The notes under the pieces are model-generated. The model saw nothing but the letters and a program-made list of their open reading frames with translations, had not been told where the DNA came from and made no database searches. A stretch of DNA of 64,000 bases. Source: Chrysomallon squamiferum (taxonomy: Eukaryota > Animalia > Mollusca). Positions 56,601-64,000 of the stretch are shown one piece after another; within the stretch, counting starts at the first letter, position 1; every line of letters begins with the position of its first letter. Location: NCBI GenBank assembly GCA_012295275.1, contig CM022672.1:5084001-5148000 (forward strand), in the 5' to 3' direction. The position numbers and the translations under genes were made by a program.

Positions 56601-59333
56601 AAATTCACAAATGTTGTGAAACTTCTTTCTTCTACTTCAAAGTATTGAGATAAATAAATATGAAAGGTTTTGCTAAACAATATCTTACCTCGTTACTGTT
56701 GCATGTTTGCTGCTGATCAGGAAGAAAAACAGCATATTTTTCATGCACCAACACATCATTAACATGAACATCTACATCAGAGGTGGTATCAGTCAAACAA
56801 ATTGACAGAACACGATCCTGAAATTAATGAATTAATAAAACAATACATCAAATATTTTCAATAATTAAAAAAAACAAGAAATTTAAATGTGTAGTTCTGT
56901 TTTTATGTTTCGGTTACCAAAACAGGTGGCAGTGGAAGAAGAAAAACATAAAACCAGTACCAGAATGTACTATTTATTTAAGTTAAATAATTTTCATAAC
57001 ATTTTATCTGGTAAGACCAAAGTCAAGAATTTCAAAGTTGAGATCAGGTACAGTTTCAACAAGCTAAATGTATCATAAAGTTGAAGACAAATTGAATACC
57101 TTGATTCCTGTCACTAGTGCTATCAGGGGCTTGCAACGACATATATCTAGCATTCTCTGTTTGGCTTTTTGGGGCCAAGTCTGAAAATAAAAGCTACATT
57201 CAGAACACAGATTAATATGAATAAGTAGAGTATCTCTAAAAATGAAAATAAAAAACACTTTCAGATCAGAGGTTAACATGAGTGACTGAGTATCTCTTTA
57301 AAAAAAGATTTAAGTGTCCAACAACAACTACAAACTGAATTTTATTTAATAAATAACTAGTACTGGCAAACAAATCTGTATATTTTAATTTAGTTAAATA
57401 AAAACTGAGAAATTGTTAAATGTATTTCTAAGAATAATAACATTAAATAATGTACTTACACTATCAATGGGTCTAATATTTGCTAGACGTGCTGAAACTG
57501 CTTGAGCTGGCAGACGGAAATACCTAGATCTGAAAAAAAAACAAAAACATTTAATAATAATAATAAAATAATTAAAATTTATGACATAGACCACAGTAAT
57601 GTGAGGAAATGAAAATAGTGTAATTTTTAGTAACAATAAAAACACTTAATGTCTATAATTTAATCAGTTTTCTTTTTATTGTGCTTGCAGATTTTAAATT
57701 ATTATACAAATCTCTGAATGTCTGTCTGATCACAGACACAGAGAGATCTTTCAAGTTTTAAATGGAAGCAATGTATTATTAGAAGGTGAAATATTTTTTT
57801 TAAATTTAAAAATAAAAAGTGATCATATTTTTCTTTTAATATTAACAGTTGGTAATAATTTACCTCAGAAGTCGCACAGTATTTTTATGAACAGAGCAAG
57901 TATTTCCATAATCAACATAAAACACCTGAAACAGTAAGAGACAAACTGTTCAAATTTTCAGGTGCTAGTTTTTAACTATTTTAATAAGAAAGCAAAAGTC
58001 TGACAAAAAGGAAAAATTTATTTCTAACATATCACTGAAATACTATCCTCAATTTTAATATATAATACTTTTTTAAAATCAAACAGGAATATTCCCGATT
58101 TACTAAAAAATTTGCTATTTATTAACAATCCTCCAAAATCAATTAATTTATAGCTAAAAACGAACACTAAATAATGAAACTTAATACATCAAAAGGGGAA
58201 ATATTCTTGCTATCTTTTCTACCAGGTAACAATGATAATCTACCTTGAATGTCTGAATATTAAAATCTAAATTAAATTGCACTTAAAAATAATTCTTACG
58301 TCCACAAAGTCAGGGTTTCGAATTCCTGTGATAATTCCACGGTGCCAGTTATTATCTTCTGGGAAGACAACAGCACACACTTGGCCTTTAGCTATCAGCG
58401 ATTCTGGCATGCGATACTTTTCTCCATCTGCAAACTTGTACCTCCTAAAGCAAATAAAAATATAAAAGTAATAAATATGTTATTAAACAAAAATACTGGA
58501 CATATTTCTCCATTAACAAACTTGTACTGCCTAAAAAAATATATCAAGGAAGAAAGTAAATCATATCTGAAGAAATAAAGTGAGATATCTGAAGTAACGA
58601 CCGACCAACTTCTGTTAACCAAACTGTACTAGAAAAAAATCATATACACTGCAATAATGCCCTTGGGAACAATAAATAAAATCAAGATGTATGGTAAGCA
58701 CAATTCAAAAAAGGAAAAAAACTTCTTACTTTATCTATGTACCTGTAAGATCAATACTACTAATAAATCCAGCAAACTTTGGATCGGAATGAACCTGAAT
58801 TTCTAGATTTTCCAATATCTATCTATCTATCGATATAGATATAGATATAGATCGATGAAAAGAGTTATATACTTAAAATAACAAATTAATAAATAAATAG
58901 TAAAGAACAAAATATTATTTAACAGATAAAAATGAAAACATTTCTAAAGCCAGTTTTCATAAAACCATACAAATGGTATTCCATTTATTCTAACATATCC
59001 ATAGGATTAATATTGGCTATTTTATACCAGCTCCTTACTTACTCAAATAATATTTCTGTGTTTAATTCTACACTTACTCTAACAAGTCCATAAGTCTCTC
59101 TAGTGCAAGAGTAGTCTCAGCTCCACGTAACTGGATCCAGAAATCTGATGGTGAGTTGATGTTAGCCACGTAGACTTCAATGTAATCTGTGAGTGAGGGA
59201 AGATCCACTGCTGTGTACATTACCCCTGGACCCACTGAATCTTCAGGGATGGCAGAGACAGAGGTAACCTGAACAGCGACAATGTAGTAGTCTTAATTTC
59301 ATAGTATGTATGTGTACAGCAAACTATCTCAGT

Positions 59334-59384
<51 letters not shown>

Positions 59385-59531
59385 AAAGAAAAGAAAAAAA
59401 TTTTTTTACTAATTCTTTACAATTAATAATTGTTCAAAATATTTTTAAAAAAAATGAATATCAGGACAAAAAGTTTATTATGGACATTTAAGACAGAATG
59501 AAATACAAAAAGAATTGCGTCTGACTAATTA

Positions 59532-59582
<51 letters not shown>

Positions 59583-62500
59583 ACCTTATTTTATTAATAT
59601 TATTTAAGGCTAGTCCTTGGAAACAAATCACCACACTTTGATGCATCTCCAATATATATATATATATATATATATGGATGTTATTATTATAATTTACTTT
59701 CAAATTTTTGGAAATAATATGTTAATAATATAAAAACAAAAGTGACATATTCTACAGTACTTTGTTCTAACCTCTGGTGTGAGATGTGGACGATATTTTT
59801 CCAGCAAGTAATTAAAACTCCTAGACTCATTGGACTCAACAGCATATAACATTAAGCAACCTGTAAAAGAGAGTAAGATTAATGTATGCATTTTATAATA
59901 AATAATTTATTTCAGACAATCAGTATTTAAAACAATGATAATAATTTTTAAAAATTGTTGATGGTTAAATTAATCAATTCTCCTCAAATGTGTATTGGTT
60001 ATTTCATATTCTAGTAAGAGCTGACCGTTTGTTTTATCTTCAGCATAGATTTTCAGCCTGGGGATCGTGACCCCACAGAGGGGTCACCAGCCTTTTTTCT
60101 GGGGGTCACGAGATCGTTCGTTAGCGAGGGTATATTTTAGCTTTTTTCAATTTGACTTGGAAGGAATAAATAAAAACGTGTAGATAGGTTTGGGACCCTT
60201 CATAGTGAATATAAATTCCTTTTGTACTGTCTTTCATTGATGAAAATATGGAAACCCTAGATATTATTGAATCAAAAATGTTAAATGGGGTCATCGGTCA
60301 CACTGAGTTGCTCATAAGGGGTCACGGTATGAAAAAGGTTGAAAACCAGTGATCTATACTAATGATGTGTTCCTGCACATGATGTCTTGCTGCTAAATTC
60401 TAAGGGAAACCTATCGAAATGATCAGTTATCATATCATTTTTCAAGAAATAATATATATATATATCAAGAACAAATAACCGTAAGTAATAAAATGTGTTC
60501 TTAATATTTATTCATATTAGAGTATTAATGTTTGTGCTAACCTCCTTTGTATTGCATTTGTAGGATGTCACTTGTTAAGGACAAGAAAAATGTCTCCAGC
60601 GTTGTGAACTGTTCTGCCATGTCTTCAAGTTTCATTCCAGTCATTGTCTTCAGAAAAAGAAAACATCTGATTATTAGTTTAAATAAAACAATCAGATTTT
60701 TTTTTATTTTCCAAATGTTTCTCATCAATAACATAATTAATAAATACATCTTTCACCTTCCTACTTTTCATTTTTCATTATTACTTCAGTATCAAAATTA
60801 CCATTTGTTACAACTAAAACAAAGAAAAATAATGAAATAAATTAATCTATACAATATATGAACACGTCAAAAATAAGTCCCTCATGTTAACATTATCTAA
60901 TTAGACTACAACTAAATTTAAGGTTTTACAGAAGATTACTCAGTGCTGTATTTGTCTAAAGTGTATTGTTTATGAAATTTAAAAAAATGCTCATATGAAA
61001 TGCAGAGTAAATAAAGTATTGACATACAAGGAATATATCAGGAAAGTCACTCATGAGAACACCATCAGGATGTGCCTGAAGCACTTGTCTTATGCTTTCA
61101 CGCAGCTGAGGTTTAACTGACACTTGAGATCCTGAACTTTTTAATGTCTTATTTTGTACTGCTTTGGGTTTACTAGATTCTGTGAATACAAATTAATATT
61201 TATTTTAGACTCAGTCTGCATTATATGAAACAAAAGCAAACAACATATCTAGCTAGTTAATAAATATTTAGATCCGTCAGGCATGGGGGTTTAAATGTTC
61301 AAAAACAATTTTAAACATAATCAGAGTAGCTATTCCTAATTTGAGTAATTTTACATATGCACTGACTGACTGAGCCACTAAAAAGTTAAAAAATATTATT
61401 TTAGTATATAAGTATATCTTCTTAGATGCGTAAACTGAACTGGGATAGTTGGAAGTGGAAGTGTCTTCAATTTTATACGTTACTTTTGTTTCAAAGTAAA
61501 AATCTTTGAGAATTCAATGAAGATTATTGAACAAAAAATAAATATATATAAATATAAGTTTACATGATAGCAGAGAGTCTAAATGAAACATTTATCTACT
61601 ATTACTTCCAAAAATAAATATTGTAGTGACTACAAATAATACATGTAAACAAATAACAATAAACACAGTTATATTTCACAAAATAATTTACTTTTTAAAC
61701 TGGTTCTAACAAGCTTGGCAGATAATTTAAACAGAAATTTACAGCTAAAGAAAAAAGAAAGCTAAAAAAAAAAGATGGTTTTTCATACCAGCATGTTTCG
61801 GAAGATCAATATGGGTCAAGAACCAGTCTCCATTTGGTACTGGACGCTCTATCTTAACAATGTTAGGTAGAGCAGATACAAACTCAATAATGCTGAGAAA
61901 TCCATACTCCATGAACTGAAGTTCTTTTCCAACAAAACGCTAAAAATCAACAAACAAAACGAATTATGTTAATTTTAACTATTTGGTGTATGTAACAGAG
62001 ATAATATAGATTACAAATGTTTTTAATTATTTGATAAAGGCTCCATATGAAGAGCCAAAGTTTTGTAATAAATTGTTTTGAATATACATTTATTAATAAT
62101 ACAATAAATTCTTGATATTAAACTAAAGCAAAGATTAGCACTGAATATGAAGGAAAAAATTTATTTTAAAGAGCATATTATAGTTCAGTGTGTGATATAA
62201 GACTGATAAACATTTTAAACACACTTTATATTCTGTTGGAAGCTGATTTGACCACATTCCTTCAGGTTTTGACTTGAGAATCTAAATTAAAAAAAACATC
62301 AATATATTTGTGTTATATATAAAAGCAACCAAAATATATATATATATATATAAAATAATAATAAAAAATGTGTCATACTGAAATGTTTAATTGCAGTATT
62401 TATCTTTAAAATATGTATAATTTACTAAAAATATTGCATCTTTACAATTTAATCAGGCAGCTTATGCACCAAGAAATATACTGCCAGAAATCCAATGATA

Positions 62501-63979
62501 TATCATCTATAAATAAAATTACCATTAAAATAATAATTATTAAATAATACCTCTTTTGATGTGACAAAGTATTTTAATATTTAAAAGTTAACTTAAAGCC
62601 AAGGTCCGATTAACTAGACTTGAATGAGTCGTAATATGTAGTGCACAAAGTGAGTAGGAAAACTTAAATTTAGTAATACAATATACATCATTTCAGTTTA
62701 ACAGAATAACACCTAATTATATAATGTCTTATTTTAAAAATTCAGTTTCTTTTTAGTTTTCATTATATTATTGTGATAGTTTAGAATTTGTATGTGATAC
62801 ATTTGAGATATTATTCTGAACTTCCTCATCAATGTCATCACCAGCAGAACTGTTAGGTGATTGCGGACAAGAATCTGATATTTCAGAAGAAAAATGTCTT
62901 TGTTTTTCTGAAAATGAAATAACAGTAATAATAATAATAATCCTCTTTTAAGTAAATATAAAAAAAAAAAAACATATAAAAACATATAAAAAATAAAGGT
63001 ACACTACAATTAACATATGTATTTTTTCCCATCATTTTTGTGAAAATATTTTTAAAATAAAATGCAGAAGACTGATTCCCACCCCTTTAACTGTCAAATT
63101 ATTGTCAGTAAATTTTATTCCTAAAAAGCAAACTTATTAACTGTCAATTTATATGTTATATTGTATATATAAAGTTATTTATTATGTATCTACCAATGTA
63201 TTTTTGTGTTATGGCCTATGGACTGCCTATTAATTTGGTATACTTTTATATAAATCATAGTTTATATTTGTGTATTATTAATAACATTTTTTAAAATGTA
63301 TGTTACCACAATATGAATTTTCTAAGTTTTTTTGTTGAGATGAAGATGAGTTGCCCTTGTGTTCCCTGGTCATTTTGATCTCATCAGCTGAAAAAGCTGG
63401 CAGTACCCGCCATTCCCTCCCACATTTCACAAGTTTGACAATATCTGGAATGCTATTGAGAAGATCCTGCATAGAAAGAAAACCCAGTCTTTTATCATCT
63501 AAATGCATCCCAAACTGCCTTGAAAAAGCTGGGTCAAAATGTGTTAAAGGTAAACCGTCTGGATATGATGCACATAATTCTTTTATATGATTTCTTATAA
63601 ATAATGGAACATTTGGTTGGCATTTTTCTCGCCAATTCCGACTATCTGATGGACCGAATCTCTTTCGTAAAACTGCATATTTATTACGTTTTGGAATATT
63701 CTGTCGTGACACTAATCGTTCGATGTGTGCAGTGGTGGAGTCTGATGGCGTCTTCAACACTATTATTCCATTTTCGCATGATACAGTTATTGTTTCTGGT
63801 ATATCTTTCACAAAATCTTCAGCACTGCTATAACCAAATTTTCTATAGGGCAGTGGCGATCCTATAAATGTTTCGTAGTCCCGTTTCAATTCACCCAGCG
63901 TCAAACCCACAGGCGACGAAAGCAAAATTGCCCTCAGTTGTTTTTTAACTTCTTCTTTGATCGAAGCATTAACAGACAT
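32974..63979 (-). CDS. TDRD5: Tudor domain-containing protein 5-like (Tejas-like): 4 LOTUS/OST-HTH domains + extended Tudor domain + C-terminal extension, 22 coding exons, ~1115 aa
   Basis: Hand-spliced exons (minus strand): 63979-63307, 62907-62801, 62281-62225, 61939-61789, 61179-61028, 60647-60542, 59860-59772, 59268-59078, 58444-58300, 57925-57864, 57529-57460, 57180-57100, 56817-56689, [17.8-kb intron], 38853-38738, 37460-37346, 37075-36996, 36544-36488, 35978-35876, 35317-35208, 34522-34392, 33973-33921, 33543-32974. All introns are GT-AG with consistent phases; total 3348 nt. N-terminal LOTUS: [17 protein letters not shown]...[17 protein letters not shown]...[11 protein letters not shown]. 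Tudor: [18 protein letters not shown]...[12 protein letters not shown]...VFYVDYGN...[12 protein letters not shown]...[17 protein letters not shown]. Joining the 3' nine exons across the large intron is inferred from the phase-0 match, the lack of a stop in exon 13 and the lack of a start exon for the 3' block. Confidence 0.88.
37491..37645. repeat. Degenerate ~65-bp tandem repeat (3 copies, plus a dispersed copy near 37968)
   Basis: TGTATGCTAGATAAAA occurs at ~37491, ~37557 and ~37621, and TGTATGCTAGATAAAGG at ~37968. Confidence 0.8.
42190..42290. repeat. Long (CA)n microsatellite
   Basis: Directly visible. Confidence 0.97.
45370..45417 (+). mobile_element. Possible isolated terminus of a non-autonomous hAT-like element
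   Basis: CAGGCTTGGATCTATTATGAAACTAATGAGGCTTAAGCTTCAGGGCC resembles CAGGGCCGGAT...GAAGCTTAAGCTTCAGGGCC-type MITE ends. No matching second end was found. Confidence 0.3.
46076..46124. repeat. Perfect 22-bp tandem duplication
   Basis: AGAACAGGTTAATCCCAAATAA x2 followed by AGAAC. Confidence 0.9.
49270..49645. repeat. Degenerate ~30-bp minisatellite
   Basis: Recurrent AATTATTY.AATATTAA.AAACTGT.A-like units. Confidence 0.65.
52187..54430 (+). CDS. TRIM-NHL-type E3 ubiquitin ligase (RING, two B-boxes, coiled coil, Ser/acidic linker, NHL beta-propeller; TRIM2/3/71-like), ~747 aa from one exon, nested in a TDRD5 intron
   Basis: ORF 52076-54430. Its first ~36 codons are intronic poly-pyrimidine ending in acceptor TTTCCAG at 52180-52181, followed by AAAATGG at 52187. 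RING: [24 protein letters not shown]...CPVC, followed by LPDNLF. B-box1: CCSC...[17 protein letters not shown]...SH. B-box2: [25 protein letters not shown] repeats: [23 protein letters not shown] and [18 protein letters not shown]. Confidence 0.93.
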   Translation: MEERCEVVPRTFLFCRLCEEEFQQPKILPCLHSFCKSCIESYVENNKDEEGYFGCPVCGTETTIQEQPVENLPDNLFARRLSNPVVHIPMPKKEKLLLSCCSCQQHGSKTEAEMHCINCDDFLCSLCSESHQLEVETASHKLQNIKEENETKSSGSSTPTDLDILPRCCEYYDPYDIGSMFCVDCNMTLCSECHLKDHSDHRCAELSAVAENFENKIKVPISELAHDVETLNVSMSDLELAKSIVKNEQSELRRTVHQRTKFLCQMIKDYEDFVLEEIDRRYNNYLQNIEQQENEISLRVASIHAVTDFTEKLVSFGSEEEKVSMRHKIGRRVRELCEEELPTVRIDMTNHFLHQPEVNVETICDLFGELKTNKASKSSNSRKVSINSGLPSTSESVEQNETELTELEEYEDRDSDMLSASYASDPFRSSNTSDQMHLMASQTEPENSSFQSSLQEDVPCQNLTTPKTEFPLPENIQRDCIKGVATNSSGDIVIATVSNGTSMIYYIEKRGIVRGQIQVEKGWSIHSIAADGKVALVIARGDNRYKVRILSDDGCGSVLADVHIESFGLNYVTANGSSQVIVSSSRYTQPNRAHMKTAKSGGNIAIYNPDSQLVQRITNEDFQSQDIYLLEKPHTISVDSKNNIYVTDSGSHTVCAFTETGELLFEYGNTDHDDEIYQGPDAICTDRHGNIIVTDRRERRIDVLNEQGHLQKCLYPEDNIKSVSVCQPENLLMVATIEGPIKFYEYL
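59334..59398. repeat. (GAAA)n microsatellite
   Basis: Directly visible. Confidence 0.95.
60044..60351. mobile_element. Non-autonomous hAT (Charlie-like) MITE in a TDRD5 intron
   Basis: The left end CATAGATTTTCAGCCTGGGGATCGTGACCCC and the right end GGGGTCACGGTATGAAAAAGGTTGAAAACCAGTG resemble CAGTGGTTYTCAACC termini. There are several GGGGTCA/TGACCCC subterminal motifs. The 8-bp flanks ATCTTCAG and ATCTATAC resemble a degraded NTCTAGAN target duplication. Confidence 0.75.
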
Positions 63980-64000
63980 GTCTTGTAATTTGAATTAAAT

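Overview
This is AT-rich, microsatellite-laden eukaryotic DNA, most likely from an invertebrate (mollusc/lophotrochozoan-like; the taxon is inferred). Three protein-coding genes can be reconstructed by hand with phase-consistent GT-AG junctions. (1) NT5C2, cytosolic purine 5'-nucleotidase: minus strand, 17 coding exons, 26471->15057, about 577 aa. (2) A TDRD5/Tejas-like piRNA-pathway gene: minus strand, 22 coding exons, 63979->32974, about 1115 aa, with four LOTUS domains, one Tudor domain and a long C-terminal extension. (3) A RING/B-box/coiled-coil/NHL (TRIM-NHL) gene whose body is a single exon (52187-54430, plus strand), nested antisense in the 17.8-kb TDRD5 intron that follows the Tudor exons. 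Between TDRD5 and NT5C2 lies a 1.9-kb internally deleted two-gene DNA transposon (ISL2EU/Kolobok-type, THAP and SWIM remnants facing each other, short TIRs). Also present are a hAT-type MITE, several minisatellites, a candidate poison exon in NT5C2 and candidate alternative first exons for the nested TRIM gene. The first 11 kb contain no convincing coding gene.
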